Positions 1 to 10,757 of a stretch of 64,000 bases of DNA are shown here, piece by piece. Below the pieces are notes generated by a model, which was not told where the DNA came from, made no database searches, and saw nothing but the letters and a program-made list of their open reading frames with translations. Each line of letters starts with the position of its first letter. Within the stretch, counting starts at the first letter, position 1. This stretch comes from a virus: positions 64,001 to 128,000 of IMG/VR virus record IMGVR_UViG_3300047160_018755; one strand, 5' to 3'. Both the position numbers and the translations under genes were made by a program.

Positions 1-2
1 CT

Positions 3-371
3 CCAACCATTCCCTGCCGCTGCCCCGGCCCCTGCGAGGCGCGCGTCGAGTACGAGCCCGAATTCGAGGGCGACGACGGCACGAACCACTGCCTCTACTG
101 CCCGCGCTGCGAGGAGGCGGGATGCGACATCGGCGACTTCGACCCGAGGAGTCAGAAACGCCAGGTCATCCCGTGCCGCGCCGACGTGCAGGACGAGGAG
201 GACCGCCAGCAGGCCATCGAAGACGCGCGCCTGGACGCCGAGGACGCGTGCGTGCCTTGCCCTAAGTGCAACGGCACGGCCTACCCGCTGGGCAAGCTGG
301 GGCGGCTCACGCACTACCGGTGCCGCGACTGCGGCGCCGACAGCAACAGCGACGGCGAGTACGAGGCCTAA
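3..371 (+). CDS. Cys-rich hypothetical protein, truncated at the window start
   Basis: Frame of the 186..371 ORF stays open back to position 3; several CxxC pairs (CPRC, CPKC, CRDC). Confidence 0.6.
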   Translation, partial: PTIPCRCPGPCEARVEYEPEFEGDDGTNHCLYCPRCEEAGCDIGDFDPRSQKRQVIPCRADVQDEEDRQQAIEDARLDAEDACVPCPKCNGTAYPLGKLGRLTHYRCRDCGADSNSDGEYEA

Positions 372-391
372 ACCTGTAAGGAGGAATACCG

Positions 392-3300
392 ATGTGGTAC
401 GACGAGAATGACGACGCGCATTTCGTGCCGGCCAGCACTCAGGACCTGATTCGTGAGCAGGCTTACTACGATGGGCACTTCTGCCCGGAGAAGGCGTGGC
501 TGCTCTCGGACTTCGACACCTGGGAGCGTAATCCCCACTACAAGGGCGAGCCCGTGCCGCACCCGGACGCGGACCTGGCCGACAACGAGGAGGCGCAGGC
601 CGAGGTGCCCAAGGTTGCAAACTGGGTGCCATTCTTCGAGGGCGAAGATGACCTCCCCTTCTGACGCGCTGTGTGAGGAGACCGGGCGCCCACACAACTA
701 CACCGCCGACCTGGAGTACGACGCGACGGGTCAGACCATCAACTGCGAGGACTGCGGCGAGCCGCAGCCGCAGGACGCCGGCAACTACGGTGACGCGACG
801 TTCCGCAAGCTGATGGACCTCGGCCTGCTGCTGCAAGACGGGGACCAAATGGTGGGCCTCAAGCTGTTCCTGGGCAGCATGGACCTGGAGACGCCAGCGC
901 TACGCAAACTTCGTGCCGAGATCGAGAAGTTCACCGCCCGCATCGAGGGCCTGACGCAGGCGGCCAAGGTCGCCACGGGAATGGAGTGACGCACGTGGAC
1001 ATCCGAGCGCAGCAATACGCCCGCCTGCTCGACCACGCCCACGCCGAGGCGCTGGCCCGGTCGCGTCTGTTCATCGGGTACCGGCGCCTCACCACAGTGG
1101 CCCTGGTTCGCATCAGGGACGCGCAGGACGAGTGTGAGCGCGACCGCTGCGCCCGTGTGGTCGGCTACCTCGCGCGGCGGCTTGCCCGCGAGCAGACGCG
1201 CCTCGACGAGGTGTTCTCTCACTTCCAGGATGGTGCGCAAGGATCTGCGCACCCTGCGTAACGAACTACGCAGAAAATCGCGCAGCGATCTACGCAGTCG
1301 GGGATCGAAACCGCACAGAATCAAGGCTTCGAGGTTGGCACGAAACGTGGATATCTCTGAGGCAGGAGGCAACGAAATGACGCGGACCAGGACAGACCGA
1401 TGGCACAACACGGGCGGCAACGGGCCGGCCGAGGCGGTGTGGTGCCGCAGCCGCAAGGGCCGCTCTGCGGTCGTGCAGGTGTACAGGTCCCACGACCTGC
1501 ACGCCGCCAAGACCTGCGTCCTGGAGCGCTGGGAGAACTTCAAGCAGACCGCCGTGGCAATCAGCGGTCTCTCGTTCAAGACCGCCAAGCGCCTCGGCGA
1601 CGAGTTCCTCGGCGTCAAGCCGCGCAAGAGCCGCGCGGGCCTCAAGAAGTTCAGCGTCGTCGGCTTCTATGTCGACAACAACCAGCCGCTCATCAGCTGG
1701 GAAACGTGCCTGACGCCGCAGGAGGCGGCGCAGAAGGCAAAGTACCGCCGCGATTCCGAGGTCAAGGTCGTGGAAGTTCTCCACGGTCACCGCAAGGGAA
1801 TTCTCACCAACGACGAGGTGCTGTGATGGCTACGGACTGGAAGAAGAGAGACGAGGAAGAGCGCAGCGAGCGCATCACCCTACACGACCTTGTGGGGCCG
1901 CTGGCCCAGCTACTGGGCGCCGGCTGGAGTGTCGAGGCGCCGCGCGAGGACGAGCCGAGCCTCCCGTCGTACTACACCCTGCACGGCCCGGACGGGGCCG
2001 AGCTTGGTCTGTCTGGCGGCACGTGGGGCAGCAAGGGCAAAATCACCATCACGGCGCACTTCAACGACCGCAAGGACGGCGTCACGTTCTGGTACCTGCC
2101 GTACAAGGTCGAGCGCCCGTCTATCTCTGTCACGGGCACTCGCGGCGCCCTCGTCGTCGCCAAGGAAATCGCCCGCCGCCTCCTGCCCGACTACATGCCT
2201 CTGCTCATCTCGTGCAACGAGGCGCGCGCCCGGTGGGAGACCCGCAAGCGCAACGGGCACGCCGTGGCCGTGAGCCTGGCCCACTACATCGGCGCGGCCG
2301 AGGCCAACATCGAGAGCGATGTGCGCAACAGCGACGGCAGCACGTACAAAATCAACGTCTACCGGTCGGAGGCCCTGGCCGGCTCCCACGTCGACGTCAA
2401 GGTGCGCGGCTCCGAGGACTCCGAGCAGAGCGTCCGCATCGACAACATCGACGTGCCGCCCCACGTGGCCGCCGAGCTTCTGGCGGTCCTGGTCCGCCAC
2501 CATCACGCCGTCAAAGAGGAGGACTAGATGCCGCTCATCAACCTGACCCCGTCCGAGGCCTGCTATCTGGCGGTCCTCGTGCGCGACCACGCCAACACCC
2601 CCGAGCGCCGGGCCATCTCTCCATCCGATGAGGCCGCCAACCGACAGCGTGACCTCGATCTGGCACTGGCGCACAAGCTCCTGGCCTCGGACGTGGCCTG
2701 CCGCCACTGCGCCGGGCTGCCCGGCTCCCCCTGCGAATACCACGAAAGGACCCGCTAACATGAGCGCAGCCATCGCCATCGATCTGTCCGAGGATGACAG
2801 CACGCCCATCCTGAGCGCCGAGACCCTCGCCTGGCTCGACGAGGAGGAGGAAACCGAGCTTCAGAAGCTCGCCCGCCTGGGGGCGCCCGTGGCCCTCATC
2901 TTCGCGCACCAGTGCGTCAGCAACGACGCCGGGTGGTGCACCGCCTGCCTCCGCTACCAGGCGGCCGGGGGTGCGCTGTGATTCGCTTCGGGCTGCACCT
3001 GTACCGCAATCTCTCCGACCTGGAGGGCGAGGGCCACAAGAGTCTCACGCCCGTTCGCCTTCAGGGCGAAACCACGAACGAGGAGTCCCTGCGCGCCATC
3101 CTCGACGGCGCTCTGGACGCCTACGGCACGAGCCTGAAGGACTTCGACCACCGCAGCGACGGGTGGGACCTCCGCCACCGCCAAGCGCGCTTCGCCAACT
3201 ACGTGGGCGCGCAGGAGGACGGCACCATCGACCCCGAGGGTACGTGGACCCTGGAGTTCGATCTGTTCGTGGCCGTCGTGGGCCACGACGGCACCCCCTA

Positions 3301-3895
3301 CCAGTGCCCCACCTTCGGCTGCCCCGAGGCGGACGACTGCGGTGTGGCCTGGGAGCCCGAGGACGAGGCGGCCGTCAAGGCCGGCCAGTTCGAGCCCAGC
3401 GAGTGTCTGGGCAAAGAGTGGACCGCCCGCTAACCCCAGCAAGGATCAGACCAAATGAAACTCTCCGACCTGACCGACAAGGCCGTCGTGCTCATCATCC
3501 AGCGCGACGTCAAGAACCCCAAGCCCGACCGGCGCAAGACCCGAGACTTCGCCTGCCTCGAAACCTGGAAGGCCGGCACCCGCCTGCTCTTCAAGAGGTC
3601 CCGAGCCCGCAACGAGGTGGGCCACGGCTACGTCGAGGCCAAGAGCCTCTACGGGTGGCTCACCGAGCGCGACCCCGGATTCGAGGCTCTCATCGATGCC
3701 TGCGAGAAGGCCCCCAGGACGCTCAGGAACGCGCTGTGGATCGCGGAGGAGGGCCGGGCCGTCACTCACCCCTCCGACGTCCTGGGCACGCTCCTGGTGC
3801 AGGGCAAGCTGTCCCTCGACGACATCGACGCCGCCGTCCTCGCCTACGAGGAGATGACCGAGGAAGAGCAAGACCACATCACCCACAAGCTGTAA
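392..3895 (+). other. Run of small co-oriented early hypothetical genes (392-664, 648-989, 986-1261, 1377-1826, 1826-2527, 2528-2758, 2760-2981, 2978-3433, 3455-3895)
   Basis: Abutting or overlapping stop-start junctions, GGAG-type RBSs, GC3-rich codons; no recognisable family. Confidence 0.65.
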
Positions 3896-3919
3896 ACCCC
3901 AAGCAAGGATCAAGCCATC

Positions 3920-4417
3920 ATGAAAACGACCATCCTGTTCCTCATCGCGCTCACCGTCGCCGCGTGCGACAACAGCCCTAACGACCCGCCCGTGACCCCC
4001 GTCCCCACCTGCGTGCCCGAGGGCATCGCCACCGGGGACACCTTCGAGGTCACGTCCTGCGGGGACGGCAAGACCGCCGCCTGCCGCATCAACGAGGTCG
4101 GCCCCGGCGGCGTCCTCGCCCCCTTGTGGGGATGCACCTACGGCGGCCTCCTCTGCGTCCAGGGCTGCGAGAGCGACGTCCAGCCCCCTTCGGACAAGCC
4201 GGCGCTCGATCCCTGCCTGTACGAGCTTACGAGCCGCTACCCGGACCACGACCAGGCATGCAAGTTGCTTCTCGATCCCAACTCCAAGGCATGCGCCGTC
4301 GAGTTGAGCTTCCCTGACGAGACTCTCGACCACCCGGCCGGGCCGGCGCTCTACAACGGCTGCGTGCACGCGGACGGCGTGTGCGTGCCTTCCTGCATCG
4401 GCCCCAACGGCATCTGA
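3920..4417 (+). CDS. Cys-rich lipoprotein
   Basis: MKTTILFLIALTVAAC signal peptide with lipobox; many Cys. Confidence 0.7.
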   Translation: MKTTILFLIALTVAACDNSPNDPPVTPVPTCVPEGIATGDTFEVTSCGDGKTAACRINEVGPGGVLAPLWGCTYGGLLCVQGCESDVQPPSDKPALDPCLYELTSRYPDHDQACKLLLDPNSKACAVELSFPDETLDHPAGPALYNGCVHADGVCVPSCIGPNGI

Positions 4418-4429
4418 AAGGAGATCATC

Positions 4430-5156
4430 ATGGCCACCACCTTCGTCACGCCCATGGTCCTCAAGGCCCGCAAGGCCTTGCGGCTCATCAACGCCCGCCT
4501 CAAGAAGGGGGACGTCAAGCTGGCCCCCGGCATCCCGTTCGATCGGCACGGCATGACCGTGTGCGCCCAGGCCGCCCTGGTGATCGCCCACAACCCCGAG
4601 GTCGACGCCGACACTGCCCTCCACGAGGACGAGCGCACCGTCGTCCAGATCTTGCGCGGGCACGGCTACACCCCGACCCAGATCGACCAGCTGGAGCTTG
4701 GCTTCGAGGACCGCTCCTACAGCTGGAACGGCAAGCCCCAGCCCAATCACCCCTTCTTCAAGCTCGGACGCAAGCTCCGGCTCCTGGCGAAGTCGTCATG
4801 AGCAACATGGGCTACTGTCGCTTCCAGAACACCGTGGGCGACATGGAGGACTGCGTCGATCATCTCGACGACGATCTGTCCGAGGACGAGCAGGAGGCGC
4901 GCAGGGAGTTCATCTCGATCTGCGTGCGCGTCGCCTCAGACTACGGGGAGCTTGACGAGTCATGAGCAGCCTCAAGAAGCTCGATAAGCAAATCTGGCAG
5001 GGATGCGAGTCGTACCAGGTTCTCGTCCCCGTGAAGTTCGACGTCAGGGACGGGGTCGTGGTGTCCGTCCAGCACCCCGCCTTCGAGGACGTCCAGGCCG
5101 CCTACGACGCCGCCCTTGCGGACCAGGAGGCGGGGCCGTCCCCCGTGACGCCATGA
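4430..5156 (+). other. Three small hypothetical genes (4430-4801, 4798-4965, 4962-5156)
   Basis: ATGA overlaps, coding-like codon use. Confidence 0.6.
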
Positions 5157-5308
5157 TCCGGGCGCTGCTCCTCGACGACAGCGCCACCACGGCGGTGGAG
5201 TACGCGTTCATCGCGAGCTTCATCGCCGGGCTCATCATCGTCGTAGCCTACGTCTTGGGCGGCAAGGTCAACGGCCTGTTCCAGAGCGCATCGAAGTGGG
5301 GTGAGTGA
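5153..5308 (+). CDS. Flp/Fap (type IVb, Tad) pilin-like protein
   Basis: LDDSATTAVEYAFIASFIAGLIIVVAYVLGGKVNGLF matches the Flp motif (D-x-G-A-T-A-x-E-Y plus hydrophobic helix). Confidence 0.8.
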   Translation: MIRALLLDDSATTAVEYAFIASFIAGLIIVVAYVLGGKVNGLFQSASKWGE

Positions 5309-5754
5309 TGACCAATGATCTGACCAAGCTCTACGGCAAGCGCGTGGGCGTGTACCGCAACCTGCACATGGGGCGCAAGCTCGGACGCAAGGTCTACAGC
5401 GTCGTGCGCTCAGGCAAGGTCGTGGCCCACGTGGAGCAGATCCTGCTCACCAACGTGGAGTTCAAGGTCCGTGCCAACGGCCGTGACAAGGTGCGCCAGA
5501 CCAAGCGCAAGAACGTGCACGCGTTCGTCGTGGGGGACGTGGTGTCCAGCGCCATGGGGATCGGCGCGGGCGGCAAGCTGGCCATCCCGACCACCTACAA
5601 CCCGTACGAGGACGACCACTTCGTGACCGACGCCTTCCGCCTCCGCTGCTGGGGCCCGCGCATGCACGTCTTCACGGCGCAAGTGACCGTGCTCAACCAG
5701 CATGGATGCAGCGCGGCGTACCTGGAGAAGGTCGTCGCCCAAACGAGCCCTTGA
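5308..5754 (+). CDS. Conserved phage hypothetical protein
   Basis: VYRNLH...RKNVHAFVVG motif recalled from phage proteins. Confidence 0.6.
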   Translation: MTNDLTKLYGKRVGVYRNLHMGRKLGRKVYSVVRSGKVVAHVEQILLTNVEFKVRANGRDKVRQTKRKNVHAFVVGDVVSSAMGIGAGGKLAIPTTYNPYEDDHFVTDAFRLRCWGPRMHVFTAQVTVLNQHGCSAAYLEKVVAQTSP

Positions 5755-5779
5755 CGTTGGCACGGAACTAGGATAGGCT
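5751..5779 (+). promoter_or_regulatory. sigma70-type promoter
   Basis: TTGACG-17nt-TAGGCT upstream of ATG 5787. Confidence 0.7.
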
Positions 5780-5786
5780 CTGAACC

Positions 5787-6583
5787 ATGGAAACACAACG
5801 GACGTGTCAGGTGTGCGAGGGCCTCGGCGTCAATGTCTCTGCCGGCTTCGAATTCGAGGGGCGCAAGTACCCCGAGACCCGCCGGCCGTGCAGCACGTGC
5901 CTGGGCAAGGGCGTCATGCAGGCGCCCGACTTCGTCGCCATCTTCAAGGCGGTGACCACCACGCGTGGGGCCAGCAAGGGTGGGCGGCGCTTCCGTCAGT
6001 CTGCTCCCGAGGGCTGGAAGCAGTCCAACCAGGGCGTCGACAACCGCCGCGCGTACTACGTGTGGCGCCTGGCGCGCTTCCACGGCGGCGCTGACGTCAC
6101 CATGCCCATGACGGCACAGCTGTTCTGCGGGCGTGACGCGTGGGTCGCGGAACTGGACTACTACGCTTCGCTGCTGGCCAAGAAGGTCTACGGGACCGAC
6201 CTGGCCGGCGCACATCGGTGGGCGCGCGCCCTGGGCGGCGACATCAACATCGAAGGGCTTCCGGCCACGGCCTACGAGTGTGGCCCGGTTCACGACGGCA
6301 ACAAACCCAGCTTCGAGCGAGAGGAACTCAAATGAACACGAACGTCGACGGCATCATCATCCAAGATCATGGCGAGCAGGTCCCCGACGACAAGGCGGTG
6401 GCCCGCGCGCAGCTGGAGGCCCAGTACGGCGAGGTGCTCGACACCAGCCAGATGCAGGCCAAGTACAGCGTCGAGGGCTTCGCGGCCCCCTACGTCGTCG
6501 TGACGCGCAAGGAGGACGGCGTGCGGGGCAGCCTGGCCTTCACTCACAGCCCGCGCTTCTACCACACGTTCTGCGCGGACTGA
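5787..6583 (+). other. Two hypothetical genes (5787-6335 with N-terminal Zn finger; 6332-6583)
   Basis: CxxC..CxxC motif; ATGA overlap. Confidence 0.6.
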
Positions 6584-6586
6584 GCC

Positions 6587-7021
6587 ATGGGCTCGCGGGC
6601 GTGGAGACTGGCGGGGGCGGCCGTGTTCCTGGTGGCGATGCTAGGATTCGCCATCAGGGGCCGGTGCGCCGAGCCTGATACGTACGACCTCGGCATCTAC
6701 GAGTGGGGCCCGAAGCCCGGCTACGTGCGCGAGGGCATGGTGGGGAAGTTCCGCAAGGTCATCGACCTTCGCGCGTACAGGCGTGACGGCCTGTCCTACT
6801 ACTGGATCATCGACACCCGCATCAGTGGGCAGGGCCGCGTCTACCAGATGAAGACGCAGCACGCCATGGACTGCACCGAGCACACGTACGCCATCAACGC
6901 CGTCAAGGAGTACGACAAGGCCGGCAAGATGTTCAAGAACGCGATCATCTCGCCCCTGGAGTGGAGCGCGATTGCACCCGACACTCTGGGCGCCCTGGAG
7001 TTCAAGATCGTCTGCGAATAG
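6587..7021 (+). CDS. Exported protein, surface-adhesin-E-like
   Basis: N-terminal hydrophobic signal; C-terminal DC...Y...G..F..W..I.P.T pattern. Confidence 0.45.
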   Translation: MGSRAWRLAGAAVFLVAMLGFAIRGRCAEPDTYDLGIYEWGPKPGYVREGMVGKFRKVIDLRAYRRDGLSYYWIIDTRISGQGRVYQMKTQHAMDCTEHTYAINAVKEYDKAGKMFKNAIISPLEWSAIAPDTLGALEFKIVCE

Positions 7022-7024
7022 TTC

Positions 7025-7053
7025 TTGACGGGGATCCCTGGTTCTGGTAGCTT
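7025..7053 (+). promoter_or_regulatory. sigma70-type promoter
   Basis: TTGACG-17nt-TAGCTT upstream of ATG 7060. Confidence 0.7.
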
Positions 7054-7059
7054 AGAACC

Positions 7060-7494
7060 ATGGAAACGAATTCATTCTACTGCCCGCGGTGTCATTCCGA
7101 CAACACGCAGTCAGCGCGCCTCGTGGTCGCCGAAGGCACCACGTCCGGTAGCGGGACCATCTTCATCCTGGACAGCCAGAACGACGTCGACGTCGGTGTC
7201 ATGAACACGGTCACGCAGACGAGCGTGGCCAGCGCTCTTGACCCGGGTCCGTACCCGTCGTCGTTCTTCTGGAACGTCCTGGCGGCGGCGCTGGTCGTGG
7301 GCCTGGTGTGCTGGTGGATGTCCGTCGACGGCGTCTTCGGGCTTGGCTGCGCCGGGCTCGTGGCTCTCGCTGCGCTCATCCTCATCAGCGGCCTGTTCCG
7401 CATCGGGCCTCGGCGCTCGTGGCCGGCGCGCTACGCCCGCTTCCTCAGGCAATGGTTCTGCCACCGCTGCGGCATCGTGTGGGAGCGGTCATGA
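7060..7494 (+). CDS. Membrane protein with split Zn ribbon
   Basis: CPRC at the N-terminus, CHRC at the C-terminus, two TM segments between. Confidence 0.65.
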   Translation: METNSFYCPRCHSDNTQSARLVVAEGTTSGSGTIFILDSQNDVDVGVMNTVTQTSVASALDPGPYPSSFFWNVLAAALVVGLVCWWMSVDGVFGLGCAGLVALAALILISGLFRIGPRRSWPARYARFLRQWFCHRCGIVWERS

Positions 7495-9434
7495 ACCCTC
7501 TCTTCGAGAAGGGCGCCACCATGGTGCTCAAGGACAAGAAGGAGCCCAAGCGCAAGCTGCGCTATGCGTTGGGCATCGACGCCAACGGCGTCCCCCTCAA
7601 GAAGGGCGACCGCGTGAAGTGGACCGAGGCGTACACGCGCCGGCTCTACTTGCGCTCGCGCCAGCACCGTGCCGAGTTCATGGGCCAGGTGGGCGTGGTC
7701 GAGGATCTGTGCAAGTGGGGCGAGGAGCGCGGCCCCGAGGTCAACGTCCGCTACTTCCACAGCAACTTCTTCGGCAAGTCCAAGAACGGCCTGCGCTACT
7801 CGGCGCACCCGAGCGACCTGGTCAAGGTGACCCCATGACGGGGATCTCATGTGAGAGGGCTCGATTTTTCCTTGACACGGATCCCCGATTGTGAGATAAC
7901 AAAACCATGCCAACACAAAAGTTCCTTCGTGAATCCCAAGAGCGGACCTACCAGGCGATCGAGACCCTCGGCGAGGTCTCGGCCTACGACGTCATGGACG
8001 TGGTTGCAGCCGGCCTGGAGGGAAACAGGGCCTTCGCGATGCGCCAGCGGGTGAGCGGCGCGTGCTCCGAGCTTCACGCCGAAGGCCGGATCGTCAAGGT
8101 CGGACGCAAGGTCAACCCTTCGTCCGGGGAAACTGTCAACGTCTACCGCGCCAACCCCGAAGGCACGTCGTGCAGCTGCGGCAACTGCCCCGGCGACGGC
8201 GCCGATGGCGAAGGGGCCGGCTACAAGAGCAAGTACGAGGCGCTCTTGGAGAAGTATCAAGCTCTTCTGGCCGAGCGCGTACCGCTCTGCCGTGACTGCT
8301 GCACAATCCTGTGCCGCAGCTGCACGACGAACCGCAACCGAGCCACTTTGGTTGCGGTTGCCTGACCAAGACCAGTTCTTCGCCTAAATCTCTGGTACGG
8401 AGCGCGGCATGCTGCGCAGGGAGAGCCTGCGAGGGGTGTCTCGGGAGTGTCCTACCTGTTGAAACACCGGCTCCGTACCCTCTTTTCCACCACATGAAAG
8501 GATCCACATGACGACCAGCGAGATGTCCACCGACCTCGTCAAAGAGGTGACCGCCAAGCTTCACGAGCAGATCGACGCCGCCATCGAGGCGCGCAACTCC
8601 GCCTTCCAGGCCATGACGCCGGCCGAGAAGCGCAAGACCGTCGCCTACGACGTCCTGGAGCAGCTGTACCAGAAGCGCTTCGTGGCCCATTGCGGTCAGT
8701 GGCTCTCGTCCAACGACGTGACGGGCCTGCGCAACATCGACCGCTACGAGATCATCCCCAAGGAGGCGCTGGACGCCGATGCGCAGACCGCCATCGCCGG
8801 CAAGACCTGCGACGTGTGTGCTCTGGGCGCGCTCTTCGCCTGCACCATCGAGCGCCAGAACAGCATCGACATCGCGGGCGTGCGGCGGGCCGACTTCCGC
8901 GGCATCAGCGCCTACCTGACGGGCATCTTCGATCGCCGCACCCTCAACCTCATCGAAGCGTGCTTCGAGCGCCGCCGCGACTCCTGCGACTTCATGGACT
9001 ACGACAGCACGACGCGCCAGGAGGACGAGGTCCGCGTCAACACGTGGCTCAAGTACCACGGCAGCGAAAGCTCCTCCGAGCGCATGGTCTCGATCATGCG
9101 CAACATCGTCCGCCACGAGGGCGAGTTCGCGGTCTAGATGACGTGGGCTGAGCTACGAGATGCACTCCAGTGCCGGCACCTGAGCGGGCGACACTGGAGC
9201 AACGGCGAGTGGCCGCACATCTACGAGTTCGCCTGCAACGACTGCGCCTTCTGGTGGACCAACACGGTGGTGACGACGCGCCCGCCACAGTGGGACTGGG
9301 CGGACTGGCTCATCGATCACTGGCTCGATCCGTACCACGCCTTCGCCGACTGCATCAAGCGGGAGGACGACCTGCCCTGCAAGGAGTGTCGCGAGTACGC
9401 GATGGATGCCGTGGGTGCGCCACGCAGGAGTTGA
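7491..9434 (+). other. Hypothetical genes 7491-7838, 7907-8365 (possible winged-helix), 8508-9137, 9138-9434
   Basis: RBSs; TTGACA at 7872 before 7907; coding-like composition. Confidence 0.6.
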
Positions 9435-9488
9435 ACCTGCAACCTTTCCCTTAGGAGGGGACTGCTCGTCCAATCGAGCTAGAGGCGC
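9416..9488 (-). tRNA. tRNA-Arg(CCT)
   Basis: Cloverleaf, anticodon loop CTCCTAA, T-loop TTCAACT. Confidence 0.85.
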
Positions 9489-9494
9489 GTGGGT

Positions 9495-9567
9495 GCTCTT
9501 CGTAGGGATCGAACCTACATCCACAGGGCTTAGAAGGCCCGGGTCTTTCCAGTTGATGTAGAAGAGC
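9495..9567 (-). tRNA. tRNA-Arg(TCT)
   Basis: GCTCTTC/GAAGAGC acceptor, loop CTTCTAA; overlapped by the 3' end of the HNH gene. Confidence 0.8.
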
Positions 9568-9952
9568 GCTGATAGGTCCGCTCGCGGTGGCAATTGGCGC
9601 ACACGAGATCACATTTGGCAATTTCTGCTAGAATCTTGGACCGAGAGCCGTACTCACTCAACATGGCGACGCCGGCTACCTTCTTCTCTCCCGGACGATG
9701 ATCCCAGTCCATCACGTACGGAGGGTAGGCGACTCCACAGTCGGAGCACGGCTTCCCAGCTTTCAGGGACCGAGCGAAAGCAACGATCTCTTTTCTGTGA
9801 ACCTTCGCCTTCTGTAGGTATTTCCTCTTGTTCTTGCGGTAGTGCTCGTCCTTGTACGCCTTCTGGCACGATCTACAGAACGGCTGGAGCCCGTTCCTCT
9901 TCTTAGAAAACTCAGAATCTGGCTTCGGACCACACTTGGAGCAAATTGCCAT
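9530..9952 (-). CDS. HNH homing-type endonuclease
   Basis: CSKC..CRSC N-terminal Zn finger; CSDC...DWDH...CDLVCANCHRERT; lower GC; AATCTT 6 nt before ATG. Confidence 0.85.
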   Translation of the reverse strand: MAICSKCGPKPDSEFSKKRNGLQPFCRSCQKAYKDEHYRKNKRKYLQKAKVHRKEIVAFARSLKAGKPCSDCGVAYPPYVMDWDHRPGEKKVAGVAMLSEYGSRSKILAEIAKCDLVCANCHRERTYQRSSTSTGKTRAF

Positions 9953-9979
9953 GTTTTCAAGATTGTGATCCGATGAAAG

Positions 9980-10051
9980 TAGCCTGTGAGGGTGCCGCCC
10001 CCTCTTTGCCGCCTTGAAAGGGCGGAAGCCTAGCTGTTGACCGAACAGGCC
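9980..10051 (-). tRNA. tRNA-Glu(TTC), atypical T-loop
   Basis: CCGCC-CTTTCAA-GGCGG anticodon arm; T-loop GGCGGCA. Confidence 0.7.
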
Positions 10052-10115
10052 GTGAATCCTCACTAAACTGCCATATCTCACCGCAAAGTGAGGATTGATA
10101 ATTTAGTGAGGTATG

Positions 10116-10186
10116 TAGCCCTATGGGGACTCGAACCCCATCCATCTGGCTGAGAACCAGAGATCCTACCCATAAACGATAGGGCC
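10116..10186 (-). tRNA. tRNA-Glu(CTC)
   Basis: TCTGG-TTCTCAG-CCAGA; GGTTCGAGTCC. Confidence 0.85.
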
Positions 10187-10191
10187 ATGAG

Positions 10192-10264
10192 CATGTCGTC
10201 AAGGAATCGAACCTTGCTTTTCCGTTTTGGAGACGGAACCGTTCCCAGGACCGGTCAACGACAT
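10192..10264 (-). tRNA. tRNA-Trp(CCA)
   Basis: TCCGT-CTCCAAA-ACGGA; GGTTCGATTCC. Confidence 0.85.
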
Positions 10265-10280
10265 ATAGAATTCTGCACGG

Positions 10281-10354
10281 TAGGCTCGGTCGGGTACGAT
10301 CCGACAGCCGTTCGCTTAAAAGGCGACTGCTCTGTCCGTTTGAGCTACGGGCCT
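10281..10354 (-). tRNA. tRNA-Lys(TTT)
   Basis: Loop CTTTTAA; T-loop ATCGTAC. Confidence 0.8.
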
Positions 10355-10410
10355 GTGTGTCGGCTGTTTATGAGCCCACCGATCCGCCGACCGATCGATG
10401 AGAATCCCTG

Positions 10411-10482
10411 AGCGCGCTGCGAGGATCGAACTCGCTCCGTCTGGGTGGAAGCCAGGTATGCCGCCAAGTACACCTAGCGCGC
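10411..10482 (-). tRNA. tRNA-Gly(TCC)
   Basis: GCGCGCT/AGCGCGC acceptor, U73, loop CTTCCAC. Confidence 0.85.
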
Positions 10483-10499
10483 AGAAAGGAAATAAAGGA

Positions 10500-10657
10500 G
10501 CCGGTGTGCTACCGTTACACTAAGTCCGACAGAGGCAGCGTTTCACTCTAGACGTTTTGGCGACTTGATCAGGGCCGCTACTGGCTGTCCTAGCTGCATG
10601 TCCCTCCCACCGTATCAGGGCAAGAGGTTTGGTGTGGAGTCGAACCACTCCACCGGC
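10500..10657 (-). ncRNA. Permuted tRNA-like RNA A (T-arm first, D-arm last, about 100 nt structured insert)
   Basis: GCCGGTG..CACCGGC closing stem; GTGG-TTCGACT-CCAC at 5'; TA-GTGT-AACGGTA-GCAC at 3'. Confidence 0.6.
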
Positions 10658-10660
10658 TTT

Positions 10661-10734
10661 TGGAGCACCTACCGCGAGTCGGACGCGGGCTTCCTCGTTG
10701 GCAACGAGGTTTGCTACCGTAACAACTTAGGTGC
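10661..10734 (-). tRNA. tRNA-Gly(GCC)
   Basis: GCACCTA/TAGGTGC, loop TTGCCAA, encoded CCA. Confidence 0.85.
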
Positions 10735-10757
10735 GTATTTCGTAGTCTTTGGCAAAC

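Noticed and set aside
10530-10600. Hammerhead ribozyme inside element A (CTGATCA...GAAAC)
   Set aside because: Core is CUGAUCA rather than CUGANGA; stems I-III do not form properly
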